Shown here: piece by piece, positions 19,453-28,389 of the stretch
How positions within the stretch are numbered: position 1 is the first letter of the stretch
Layout of the letters: each line of letters opens with the position of its first letter
Origin: Hyphomicrobiales bacterium
GTDB taxonomy: Bacteria; Pseudomonadota; Alphaproteobacteria; Rhizobiales; Xanthobacteraceae
Assembly (NCBI GenBank): GCA_034669145.1
Contig: JAXDNY010000060.1
Location: 18,555-82,554, forward strand
Length of the DNA stretch: 64,000 bases
Direction: 5' to 3'
Translations under genes and position numbers: made by a program
Notes under the pieces: generated by a model
The model's database searches: none
The model's input: the letters and a program-made list of their open reading frames with translations, nothing else
Told to the model about the DNA's origin: nothing

Positions 19453-20238
19453 ATGACAGAGCAGAACGACATCCTTTTCGACGTGCGCGACGGCATCGGC
19501 CGCGTCACCTTCAATCGCCCGCAGGCGCGCAATGCGTTCACCTTCCAGATGTACGAGCGCCTCGCGGAGATCTGCGAGGAAGCGAACAAGGATCGCGCCA
19601 TCAAGGTGCTGATCTTTACCGGCGCGGGCGACAAGGCCTTCGCCTCCGGGACGGACATCAATCAGTTCCGGGCCTTCGCGACGCCGCAGGACGCCATCGA
19701 TTACGAGGCGCGGAACGACCGTGTCCTCGGCGTGCTCGAACAGTGCCGCGTTCCGACCATTGCGGCGATCGCCGGCGTCTGCACCGGCGGCGGCGCGGCA
19801 ATCGCTGCCTGCTGCGACCTGCGCATCGGCACCAAAACCGCCCGGTTCGGCTTTCCGATCGCCCGCACGCTCGGCAACTGCCTGTCGATGGCGAACTACA
19901 GCCGGCTCGCGGCCCTGCTCGGCCCCGCGCGCGTGAAGGATATCATTTTCACGGCGCGTCTGGTCGAAGCGCCGGAAGCGCTGGCGCTCGGCCTGCTAAG
20001 CGAGGTGGTCGAGGATGTCGCGGCGCTGCAAAAGCGAGCCGACGAGCTTGCCACGCTTCTTGCCGGCCATGCGCCGCTCACGCTGCGCGCCACCAAGGAG
20101 GCGATGCGCCGCCTTCAGCCACGGCTTTCAAGCGATGAAGGCCACGACCTGATCCTGATGACCTACATGAGCAAGGATTTTCGCGAAGGCCTCGACGCGT
20201 TCCTCACCAAGCGCACGCCGCAATGGTCGGGTGAGTAG
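19453..20238 (+). CDS. Enoyl-CoA hydratase/isomerase (crotonase) family protein
   Basis: Own SD (CAGGAG, 19441-19446) and ATG 19453. FNRPQARNAF, FTGAGDKAFASGTDI and GVCTGGGAAIAACCDLRI are crotonase motifs. Same frame as the upstream HAD ORF. Confidence 0.85.
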   Translation: MTEQNDILFDVRDGIGRVTFNRPQARNAFTFQMYERLAEICEEANKDRAIKVLIFTGAGDKAFASGTDINQFRAFATPQDAIDYEARNDRVLGVLEQCRVPTIAAIAGVCTGGGAAIAACCDLRIGTKTARFGFPIARTLGNCLSMANYSRLAALLGPARVKDIIFTARLVEAPEALALGLLSEVVEDVAALQKRADELATLLAGHAPLTLRATKEAMRRLQPRLSSDEGHDLILMTYMSKDFREGLDAFLTKRTPQWSGE

Positions 20239-20247
20239 GCGAGCAGA

Positions 20248-21648
20248 TCAGCCCGCCAGTGCCGCGATGATGCGCGCCCACGAGCGGGTGCCTTTGTGGT
20301 ACGAGGTGAGGTCGTACTTTTCGTTCGGCGAATGCACGCGGTCGTCGTCGAGCGCAAAGCCGACCAGCAGCGTGTCCATGCCGAGCACGCTCTTGAAATC
20401 GCCGACGATCGGGATCGAGCCGCCCGAGCCGACAGCGACCGCCTTGGTGCCCCATTCCTCGGTCAACGCAGCACGCGCCTTGGCCAGCGCCGGGTTTTCG
20501 TAGGCGACCTGCAGCGCCGGACTGCAGGCGTGATTGATGAACTCGGCGGTCGCGTCCTTGGGCAACCGCGCGCGCACGAAGGCGCGGAAGGCATCGCGGA
20601 TTTTCTCCGGGTCCTGCGTGCCGACCAGCCGGAATGAAATCTTGGCCGTCGCCTCCGCGGCGATCACCGTCTTGGCGCCCTCGCCGGTATAGCCGCCGAT
20701 GATGCCGTTGGCGTCGCAGGTCGGCCGCGTCGAAATCTGCTCGATCAGCATGCGGTCTTTCTCGCCCGCGGGTGCCTTCAAGCCGACCTGGCCGAGGAAT
20801 TCCGCAGCCGTGAGGTTGAGGCCCTTCAGATCCGCCTTGATATCCGCGGGCAGTTCCGGGACGCCGTCATAATAACCCGGCACCATCACGCGGCCGCTGT
20901 CGTCATGCAGCGCAGCGATGATCTTCGACAGAATGCGGATCGGATTGGCGGCAGCGCCGCCGAACAGCCCGGAATGCAGGTCGCGGTCCGCGCAGGTGAC
21001 CTTCACCTCTTCGTAGAGCAGCCCGCGCAGCGAGGTCGTGACCAGCGGAGTCGATTGGTTCCACATGCCGGTATCGCAGATGAGAGCGAGATCGCGCTTG
21101 AATTCGGCGGCATTGCTGCGCACGAAGTCGAACAGGCTCTTCGAGCCGCATTCCTCCTCACCCTCGATCATCATCGTGACGTCGATCGGCAGCTTTCCGG
21201 TGACGGTCTTGTAGGCGCGCAGCGCCTCCACGAAGGTCATGAACTGGCCTTTGTCGTCGCAGGCGCCGCGCCCAAGGATGATCTTGCGGCCATCGGGCAG
21301 CTTGCCGACCTTCGGCTCGAACGGCGGCGAGTTCCACAGATCGAGCGGATCGACCGGCTGAACGTCGTAGTGGCCGTAGAACAGCACGCGCGGGCCGCCG
21401 TTCGCAGCCCCATTGCTCTTGCCGATCACCACCGGATGGCCCGCGGTTGCCCGCACGGTGGCCTCGAAGCCGAGGCTCTCCAAATCCTTCGCCACGTGAT
21501 CGGCGGCGGCGCGGCAGGAATCCTTGAAGGCGCTGTCGGTCGAAATCGACGGGATGCGCACCAGGTCGAACAGGCGATCGAGGCTCTTGTCGAGATCGGC
21601 GTCGATTCGCGCGAGCACGGCGGGCAAGGCTTTGGCGGCAGAGGTCAT
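20248..21648 (-). CDS. M20/M25/M40 family metallopeptidase (dipeptidase-like)
   Basis: 466-aa ORF. FYGHYDVQP, GRGACDDKGQ and EGEEECGS motifs. Confidence 0.85.
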   Translation of the reverse strand: MTSAAKALPAVLARIDADLDKSLDRLFDLVRIPSISTDSAFKDSCRAAADHVAKDLESLGFEATVRATAGHPVVIGKSNGAANGGPRVLFYGHYDVQPVDPLDLWNSPPFEPKVGKLPDGRKIILGRGACDDKGQFMTFVEALRAYKTVTGKLPIDVTMMIEGEEECGSKSLFDFVRSNAAEFKRDLALICDTGMWNQSTPLVTTSLRGLLYEEVKVTCADRDLHSGLFGGAAANPIRILSKIIAALHDDSGRVMVPGYYDGVPELPADIKADLKGLNLTAAEFLGQVGLKAPAGEKDRMLIEQISTRPTCDANGIIGGYTGEGAKTVIAAEATAKISFRLVGTQDPEKIRDAFRAFVRARLPKDATAEFINHACSPALQVAYENPALAKARAALTEEWGTKAVAVGSGGSIPIVGDFKSVLGMDTLLVGFALDDDRVHSPNEKYDLTSYHKGTRSWARIIAALAG

Positions 21649-21670
21649 TGTTCACTCCAGAATTTCACTC

Positions 21671-21840
21671 GTCATTCCGGGGCGCCGCGTAGCGGCGAGC
21701 CCGGAATCCATAGCCACGAGCCTATGGGTTTGGCACCGTCGGAGCGTTCAGGCAATTCTTGTGTTTATGGATTCCGGGCTCGCGCCCATAGCGCGTCGCA
21801 GGCGCGCGTGAACGCGCTTTAGGGCGCGCCCCGGAATGAC
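21671..21840. repeat. MITE-like nested inverted-repeat element, copy B (170 bp)
   Basis: Perfect 15-bp termini gtcattccggggcgc / gcgccccggaatgac. Inner pair cccggaatccata / tatggattccggg. Confidence 0.85.
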
Positions 21841-21841
21841 G

Positions 21842-23443
21842 CTAGCGCCGCAAAATGCCGCCCAGCGTCCCGCGCACGATCGCGCGGCCAACCGAACCAC
21901 CCATGGAGCCGCCGATCGACTTGCCGATGTTGGCGGCGACCTGACCGGCGAGCTTGTTGGTGACCGAACGGGTGATCTCGCGCGTGATCAGTTGACCCGT
22001 GGAGAGGCGCTGGCCGCGCGGACGGCCGGTGCCAAACACCGAGCCGAGCATGCCGCCAAGCTGGCCGAGCAGTCCGCCACCCTCCTGCGGGGCGCCTTGC
22101 GGCGCTCCTGGTGCGGTGCCGCCCGGTTGGCCGGTCGAGACCGGCGCCGCTGTCTCGTGCGTGCGCCGCTGCAGCATCTCGTAGGCGGAATCGGAATCGA
22201 CCGTCTGGTCGTATTTACCTTTCACAGGGCTGTTCCTGATGACACCCGCGCGCTCCTCCGGGCTGACCGGCCCGACGCGCGCCGACGGCGGCCGTACCAT
22301 GCAGCGCTCGACCATCGAGGGCGTGCCATTGCCTTCCAGGAACGACACCAGCGCCTCGCCCTTGCCCAGTTCGCTGATGACGGTCGCAGTATCGAGCTTC
22401 GGGTTTGCGCGGAACGTCTCGGCCGCGGCGCGCACCGCCTTCTGGTCGCGCGGCGTGAAGGCGCGCAGCGCGTGCTGCACCCGGTTGCCGAGCTGCGCCA
22501 GCACCTTGTCGGGCACGTCGAGCGGATTCTGCGTGACGAAATAGACCCCAACGCCCTTGGAGCGGATCAGCCGTACCACCTGTTCGATCTTGTCCATCAG
22601 CGCCTTGGGGGCATCGTTGAAGAGGAGATGCGCCTCGTCGAAGAAGAACACGAGTTTCGGCTTTTCGGGGTCGCCGAGCTCGGGCAGCTCTTCGAACAGC
22701 TCGGACAGCAGCCAAAGCAGGAACGTCGCGTAAAGCCGCGGGTTCTCCATCAGCTTGTCGGCGGCAAGGATATTGATGATGCCGCGCCCGTCGCGGTCGA
22801 CCCTCATGAAATCCTTCATGGCGAGCGCTGGTTCGGCGAAAAATTTCGCACCACCCTGGTTCTCCAGCACCAGAAGCTGGCGCTGGATGGTGCCGATGGT
22901 CTGCTTCGAGACATTGCCGTACTGCGTGGTGAGATCTTTGGCGTGCTCGGCGATAAAACCGAGAATCGCGCGGAGGTCCTTGAGGTCGAGCAGCAGCAGC
23001 CCCTGCTCGTCCGCCACGCGGAACGCGATGTTCAGGACGCCTTCCTGGACATCGTTCAGGTCCATCAGCCGCGCCAGCAGCAGCGGGCCCATCTCGGAAA
23101 TGGTGGCACGCACGGGATGGCCCTGCTCGCCGAACAGGTCCCAGAACACCACGGGAAATTCGTCGGGCTGGTAGTCGAAGCCAAGCTCCTTGGCGCGCTT
23201 GACGAACGGCTCCTTCGGCTCGCCGACCGCCGCGATGCCGGACAGATCGCCCTTGATGTCGGACGCAAATACCGAAACGCCCGCGCGCGAGAAGCCTTCG
23301 GCGAGGACCTGCAGCGTCACGGTCTTGCCGGTGCCGGTCGCTCCGGTCACGAGGCCATGACGGTTGCCATAGCGCAGCGCCAGATACTCCGGCTTGACGC
23401 TCTTGCCGACGAATATCCTGCCGTCCGTGTCGAGATCAGCCAT
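21842..23443 (-). CDS. DUF853/YjgR-type HerA-like P-loop ATPase
   Basis: 533-aa ORF. Walker A GATGTGKT, a [10 protein letters not shown] Walker-B-like segment and a Gly-rich C-terminal tail. Confidence 0.85.
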   Translation of the reverse strand: MADLDTDGRIFVGKSVKPEYLALRYGNRHGLVTGATGTGKTVTLQVLAEGFSRAGVSVFASDIKGDLSGIAAVGEPKEPFVKRAKELGFDYQPDEFPVVFWDLFGEQGHPVRATISEMGPLLLARLMDLNDVQEGVLNIAFRVADEQGLLLLDLKDLRAILGFIAEHAKDLTTQYGNVSKQTIGTIQRQLLVLENQGGAKFFAEPALAMKDFMRVDRDGRGIINILAADKLMENPRLYATFLLWLLSELFEELPELGDPEKPKLVFFFDEAHLLFNDAPKALMDKIEQVVRLIRSKGVGVYFVTQNPLDVPDKVLAQLGNRVQHALRAFTPRDQKAVRAAAETFRANPKLDTATVISELGKGEALVSFLEGNGTPSMVERCMVRPPSARVGPVSPEERAGVIRNSPVKGKYDQTVDSDSAYEMLQRRTHETAAPVSTGQPGGTAPGAPQGAPQEGGGLLGQLGGMLGSVFGTGRPRGQRLSTGQLITREITRSVTNKLAGQVAANIGKSIGGSMGGSVGRAIVRGTLGGILRR

Positions 23444-23844
23444 CGCTATGCTCCCGCGCAGCCAGTGCGCGCATGACGGTTGTGCCGCGCCGCTGCGCCG
23501 CCGTTATAGAGGGCGCGCTCCACGCTTTCCACCGGCCATAGCGTAGCCGAAATGTTCTGTGTCTCGCAGGTCACGCTCGCGAACGAATGCTGAGCATCGG
23601 CAATCGACTCTCTCGACGCTCGCAACATCTCGTGCTTGTGTTTCCTTCGAGGCATGTTCAAGATCATCGTAACCTGCCGTAGCGCGGGGCATGAGGGGGA
23701 CCATGGTTACGTTCGATAGACGCCGCATCGCCGGCGAGTTTGGTGCACGCGTACTCTGCCTCAATCACTTCACCTGACACTCTGCACCCGCGTGGCGCGC
23801 CCTTGGTTGTCGCGACGCGCCGGGACGGAACGAAGGAGACGCGC

Positions 23845-24252
23845 GTGTCCTATCCTCTCAGGGCGATCGCAGGCATCGGCCCCGCGATGGCGGCCAGGTT
23901 GAAGGCGCTCGGCATTCGGACCACCGAAAAGCTGCTGGAGGCGTCGAAGACCGCGAAAGACCGCAAGAATCTCGCCGAAAAGCTCGATGTCGACGAGCAA
24001 ACGGTGCTGCGCTGGGCGAATCTCGCCGATCGCATGCGCATCAAAGGCGTGCGCGAGCCCTATGCGGAGCTGCTCAAGGATGCCGGCGTGGACACCGTGA
24101 AGGAGCTGAAATACCGCAATCCCGGGCGGCTCGCCGAGGCGATGGCTGCGGCCAATGAAAAGCGCAAGCGCGTGCAACTGCTCCCCTCCGAGAAGCGCGT
24201 GGGGCACTGGATCGAGGCGGCCCGGAAGTTGCCGCTGAAGATCACTTACTAG
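23845..24252 (+). CDS. DUF4332 domain protein
   Basis: GTG 23845 is preceded by AAGGAG (23833-23838). IAGIGPAMAARLKALGI...MRIKGVREPYAELLKDAGVDTVKELKYRNP is typical of DUF4332. Confidence 0.7.
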   Translation: MSYPLRAIAGIGPAMAARLKALGIRTTEKLLEASKTAKDRKNLAEKLDVDEQTVLRWANLADRMRIKGVREPYAELLKDAGVDTVKELKYRNPGRLAEAMAAANEKRKRVQLLPSEKRVGHWIEAARKLPLKITY

Positions 24253-24304
24253 TGCCGTTCCCGGGTCTGCGTCGCACCGTTTCACGCTGCGCCGCGCCCG
24301 GGAC

Positions 24305-25186
24305 ATGCTTGACTCCCCTGCGGCGTCGCCGCAAAGCGGCGCGATGGCGCTGACGAATTCCACCACGCGGAATAAGATTGAGCTTGGCCGGTTGCTCGGC
24401 GAGCGCCGTCCGCTGGTGATGGGGATCCTCAACGTCACGCCGGACTCGTTTTCCGACGGCGGCCGGTTCATCGATCCTGAGGTTGCGCTGGCGCACGGAC
24501 GCCGCATGCAAGCCGAAGGGGCGGATATCCTCGACGTCGGCGCGGAATCGACCCGCCCCTATATCGGCGTGAAGCCGGTCTCGCTCGATGAGGAACTTGC
24601 ACGCCTCAGGCCGGTGCTGCGGCCAGTCGTTCAGCTTGGCCTGCCGGTTTCGATCGACACCATCAAGGCGAAGGCCGCCGCGTGGGCGCTGGGACAAGGT
24701 GCTGCGATCCTCAATGACGTGTGGGGCCTGCAACGCGATCCCGACATGGCGCGCGTCGCCGTCGAGCACGGCGTGCCGGTGATCGTGATGCACAACCGCG
24801 AGGCGCCCGACCCCGCGCTCGACATCATGGCGGACGCGAAGGCGTTCTTCTCCCGTTCGCTCGATATCGCGGCGAAAGCCGGCATTATGCGCGACCGTAT
24901 CGTGCTCGACCCCGGCATCGGCTTCGGCAAGACGCCGGAGCAGAGCATCACGATGATCGCGCGGCTTGCCGAGTTGCGTTCGTTCGGACTGCCGCTGCTG
25001 ATGGGGCTTTCGCGCAAGCGGTTCATCGACTTCGTTTCGCCGTCCAAACCGGGCGAGCGCATCGGCGGCTCGATTGCTGGCAACGTGCTGGCGGCGCTTT
25101 CCGGCGCCGACATCGTGCGCGTGCACGACGTGGCCGAGACCGTGCAGGCGCTGCGCGTCGTGGATGCGATCCAGAAGGCGCGATGA
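24305..25186 (+). CDS. folP: Dihydropteroate synthase
   Basis: GILNVTPDSFSDGG, DVGAESTRP, SIDT, DPGIGFGK and RVHDV motifs. The start may instead be ATG 24344. Confidence 0.9.
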   Translation: MLDSPAASPQSGAMALTNSTTRNKIELGRLLGERRPLVMGILNVTPDSFSDGGRFIDPEVALAHGRRMQAEGADILDVGAESTRPYIGVKPVSLDEELARLRPVLRPVVQLGLPVSIDTIKAKAAAWALGQGAAILNDVWGLQRDPDMARVAVEHGVPVIVMHNREAPDPALDIMADAKAFFSRSLDIAAKAGIMRDRIVLDPGIGFGKTPEQSITMIARLAELRSFGLPLLMGLSRKRFIDFVSPSKPGERIGGSIAGNVLAALSGADIVRVHDVAETVQALRVVDAIQKAR

Positions 25187-25187
25187 C

Positions 25188-25673
25188 GTGGAAGCGCTGC
25201 TCGGGCTCGGAGGCAATGTCGGCGACGTGCGGGCAACGCTCGATGCGGCGGTTGCGCGCTTTGCCAGCGGCGCGGATGTGCGGCTGATCGCGCGTTCGTC
25301 CGACTACCGCACGCCGCCGTGGGGCGTGACCGACCAGCCGCCTTTCATCAATTGCGCGATTGCGGTCGAGACATCGCTGCCGCCACGCGCGTTGCTCGAT
25401 CGTGCGCAGAGCGTGGAACGCGCGCTTGGCCGCGACCGCGCGCGCGAGGAGCGCTGGGGGCCGCGAACCATCGACATCGATCTGCTCGCCTACGACGACC
25501 TCTTGCTCAACGAACCGGACCTCGTGTTACCGCATCCGCGGCTGTTCGAGCGCGCCTTCGTGCTGGTGCCGCTCGCCGAGATCGCGCCGGCTCGCCTGAT
25601 CGCCGGCCGGCGCGTACGCGACGCGCTGGCGCAAGTCGATGCGGCAGGCATCGAGAAGCTGCCGCCACGATGA
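25188..25673 (+). CDS. folK: 2-amino-4-hydroxy-6-hydroxymethyldihydropterin pyrophosphokinase
   Basis: GTG 25188 lies 1 nt after the folP stop. LGLGGNVGD, RTIDIDLL and LVLPHPRLFERAFVLVPLAEI motifs. Confidence 0.85.
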   Translation: MEALLGLGGNVGDVRATLDAAVARFASGADVRLIARSSDYRTPPWGVTDQPPFINCAIAVETSLPPRALLDRAQSVERALGRDRAREERWGPRTIDIDLLAYDDLLLNEPDLVLPHPRLFERAFVLVPLAEIAPARLIAGRRVRDALAQVDAAGIEKLPPR

Positions 25674-25735
25674 ACCCTTGGCGCCATGGCACTTTCATTG
25701 CATTCGATTGGCTTGGCCCGTGCTAGAAGTTTCTC

Positions 25736-27601
25736 ATGCCTGACGCCGAAGACCCTGCATTCGCTAGTGAATTTCCCGCCGCCACGCGTGAGCAATGGCT
25801 CCGACTGGTGGATGGCGTGCTCAAGGGCGCGCCGTTCGACAAGCGCCTGGTCGCGCACAGGTATGACGGGCTTGCGATCCAGCCGCTCTACGCGCGCGCC
25901 CCTGCTGCCCAGCCTGTGGCGGCACGCGCGCCGGGCCGCGCATGGACCGTGATGCAGCGCGTCGATCATCCCGATCCCGCCGCCGCCAACGAGCAGGCGC
26001 TGCACGATCTGGAAAACGGCGCGACCGGGCTGACGCTCGTCATGGCGGGTTCGCTCAACGCGAACGGTTACGGTCTCGATTCATCCATCGAAACGCTCGA
26101 TCGCGTCCTCGATGGGGTCTATCTGGATGCCGGTGTCGCCATCGATTTCAACGTCGCCGCCGAAACCCGCGACGCTGCGAAGAATTTCGCCGCCCTGGTC
26201 AAGCGGCGCGGTATTGCGCCTGACACCATCGAGATGCGCGCGAGCCTCAATCCGCTGGGGCATCTGGCGGCGACTGGCGAGGGTGACTGGAAGACGATCG
26301 CGCCGGCCTTCGCGACGCAAATCGGCGAGCTTGCTACCCACGGCTTTCGGGGTCCGTTCGCCGTCGCGGACGGGCGCGTCATCCATAATGCCGGCGGCTC
26401 GGAAGCGCAGGAGCTTGCCTTCGCCCTCGCCAGCGCGGTCGCCGATCTGCGCGCGCTCGAAGCGTCCGGCATCGCCCTCGATGCGGCACGGCGCATGATC
26501 TATTTCCGCCTCGCCGCGGATGCCGACCAATTCCTCACTATCGCGAAATTTCGCTCCATCCGAAAGCTCTGGGCGCGCGTCGAACAGGCGTGCGGGCTTG
26601 CACCCGCGCCGGCTCATGTTGCCGCCGAAACCGCATGGCGCATGATGACGCGGCGCGATCCGTACGTGAACATCCTGCGCTCGACGATTGCGGTGTTCGC
26701 CGCGGGCCTCGGCGGCGCGGACGCCATCACGGTGCTACCCTTTACCGCCGCGATCGGCTTGCCCGATCGCTTCGCGCGGCGCGTCGCGCGCAATACGCAG
26801 CTTGTCCTGCTGGAAGAATCCCACCTTGCGAAAGTATCCGACCCGACGGCCGGGTCCGGCGGGATCGAAGATCTGACGCAGCAGCTTTGCGGCGCCGCGT
26901 GGGCGCTATTTCAGGACATCGAGAAGGCAGGCGGTGCGGCGGCCGCGCTTGAGCAGGGTCTGATCCAGAGCAAGGTCGCGGCCACGCGCGCCGAACGCGA
27001 GAAGAACGTCGCGCGGCGCAAGGACGCACTCACCGGCACGAGCGAGTTTCCCAACATTCATGAGGCGGCGGTGCATGTGCTTGAGGTCGCTCCTCAGCCC
27101 GCAAGCGGGGAGCAGAGCGCAGCCGCCCTGCCCCGCATCCGCCTCGCCGAGCCGTTCGAGAACCTGCGCGATGCGTCGGATCGCGCACTTGCCGCGACCA
27201 GCTCACGGCCGACAGTGTTCCTCGCCAATCTCGGCAAGCTTTCCGACTTCACCGCACGCACGCTGTTTGCGAAGAATTTCTTCGAAGCGGGCGGGATCGA
27301 GGCCGCTACCAATGACGGCTTTGCCAGCCGCGACGACATGATCGCGGCCTTCAAAGCCTCGGGTGCAAGGCTCGTGTGTCTGTGCTCGTCCGACAAGGTC
27401 TATGCGGCCGAAGCGGCCGATGCCGCGCGGGCGCTGACATCCGCAGGCGCCGCGCCGATCTATCTGGCGGGCCGTCCGGGCGAACTGGAAGCCGCGCTCA
27501 AGTCCGCAGGCGTGCAGGATTTCATCTATGTGGGTTGCGACGTGGTGGCGGTGCTCACCCGGGCACACACTTTCCTCTCCGCTCAGCGGCGCCAGGCGTA
27601 G
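25736..27601 (+). CDS. mutA: Methylmalonyl-CoA mutase small (beta) subunit
   Basis: 621-aa ORF. The N-terminus (REQWLRLVDGVLKGAPFDKRL...YDGLAIQPLY) and overall length match MutA. It lies upstream of the large subunit. Confidence 0.85.
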   Translation: MPDAEDPAFASEFPAATREQWLRLVDGVLKGAPFDKRLVAHRYDGLAIQPLYARAPAAQPVAARAPGRAWTVMQRVDHPDPAAANEQALHDLENGATGLTLVMAGSLNANGYGLDSSIETLDRVLDGVYLDAGVAIDFNVAAETRDAAKNFAALVKRRGIAPDTIEMRASLNPLGHLAATGEGDWKTIAPAFATQIGELATHGFRGPFAVADGRVIHNAGGSEAQELAFALASAVADLRALEASGIALDAARRMIYFRLAADADQFLTIAKFRSIRKLWARVEQACGLAPAPAHVAAETAWRMMTRRDPYVNILRSTIAVFAAGLGGADAITVLPFTAAIGLPDRFARRVARNTQLVLLEESHLAKVSDPTAGSGGIEDLTQQLCGAAWALFQDIEKAGGAAAALEQGLIQSKVAATRAEREKNVARRKDALTGTSEFPNIHEAAVHVLEVAPQPASGEQSAAALPRIRLAEPFENLRDASDRALAATSSRPTVFLANLGKLSDFTARTLFAKNFFEAGGIEAATNDGFASRDDMIAAFKASGARLVCLCSSDKVYAAEAADAARALTSAGAAPIYLAGRPGELEAALKSAGVQDFIYVGCDVVAVLTRAHTFLSAQRRQA

Positions 27602-28293
27602 AACGTGTCTTCCTCGCGATCGGTCTGGTAACCCTTGGCGGTCAGCATCGTCTCCACGTCGAAGGGCGTGACCTCGGCTTCCGCCGAATAGTCGATCTCC
27701 ACGACGATATTTCTGATTCGTTCGAAATCCTCCGCGGCGATTCCCTTCAGCACCTCCATGAAGTAGCCCTCGACGTCGATCTTGAGGATATCCACCGCGG
27801 GAATCTTGTTGGCCGCCATCTCGGCCGAGACCGTCGAGGTCACGACCTCGTGGGTCAAAAGCTCATCGCTGGCGGAGAGCTGCTGGACCCAACGCACCTT
27901 GTTCTTGTCGAGCAGCGTGCTGATTCCGGATACCAGCGGCGACTGATGCAGCGTGAGCGTCCGGCCGCTCGAACTCGCCAAGGCGCGGTTGAAAGCGTGA
28001 ACTTTCGTGGTCTCCGGGTCGACGAGACGTTTCACATTGGCTTCAAGGTAGGGAAACGTGCGCGGGCTCGCCTCGTAGCAGTACATCTCCTTCGGCTGAT
28101 ATCGCCGATGTGCCCAGATGCCGTAGAGCCCGATGTTCGACCCGACATCCATGATGATGGGATACTTCGGAATCCGCATCTCGGAATGGTAGTAGATCTG
28201 CGATACGAAAATTTCGTCGTAGATGTACTTCGTGTCCCGTTCGTGGGGGTCGATCACCGACAGGTCCAGCCCGCCGAAGGTCATTCGTTGCAT
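27583..28293 (-). CDS. FkbM-family SAM-dependent methyltransferase
   Basis: 236-aa ORF. YIYDEIFVSQIYY...IIMDVGSNIGLYG and ILKIDVEGYFMEVLKG are FkbM (Methyltransf_21) signatures. GC is about 50-57% on sampled lines versus about 63-66% in the flanks. The 3' end overlaps mutA by 19 nt. Confidence 0.8.
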   Translation of the reverse strand: MQRMTFGGLDLSVIDPHERDTKYIYDEIFVSQIYYHSEMRIPKYPIIMDVGSNIGLYGIWAHRRYQPKEMYCYEASPRTFPYLEANVKRLVDPETTKVHAFNRALASSSGRTLTLHQSPLVSGISTLLDKNKVRWVQQLSASDELLTHEVVTSTVSAEMAANKIPAVDILKIDVEGYFMEVLKGIAAEDFERIRNIVVEIDYSAEAEVTPFDVETMLTAKGYQTDREEDTFYAWRR

Positions 28294-28389
28294 TCACTTG
28301 TCCCCGTCTATGGCGCGCGGTGCGAGCCGTGATACTATGACGCGTCGCAGCAAAGGTGTGAACGGCCGGCTCTGGAAGATGGATATGGC

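Noticed and set aside
23444-23844. 400-nt spacer between the DUF853 ATPase and the DUF4332 gene, with small ORFs (23446..23667, 23504..23764 and a 24-codon + strand ORF).
   Set aside because: None has a convincing start context or family resemblance. I saw no stable hairpin or known ncRNA signature, so it is left unannotated.
25184-25190. Absence of folB between folP and folK; only 1 nt separates them.
   Set aside because: This is real in the sequence, but gene order in folate clusters varies and folB is probably elsewhere in the genome. It is not anomalous enough to report as a finding.
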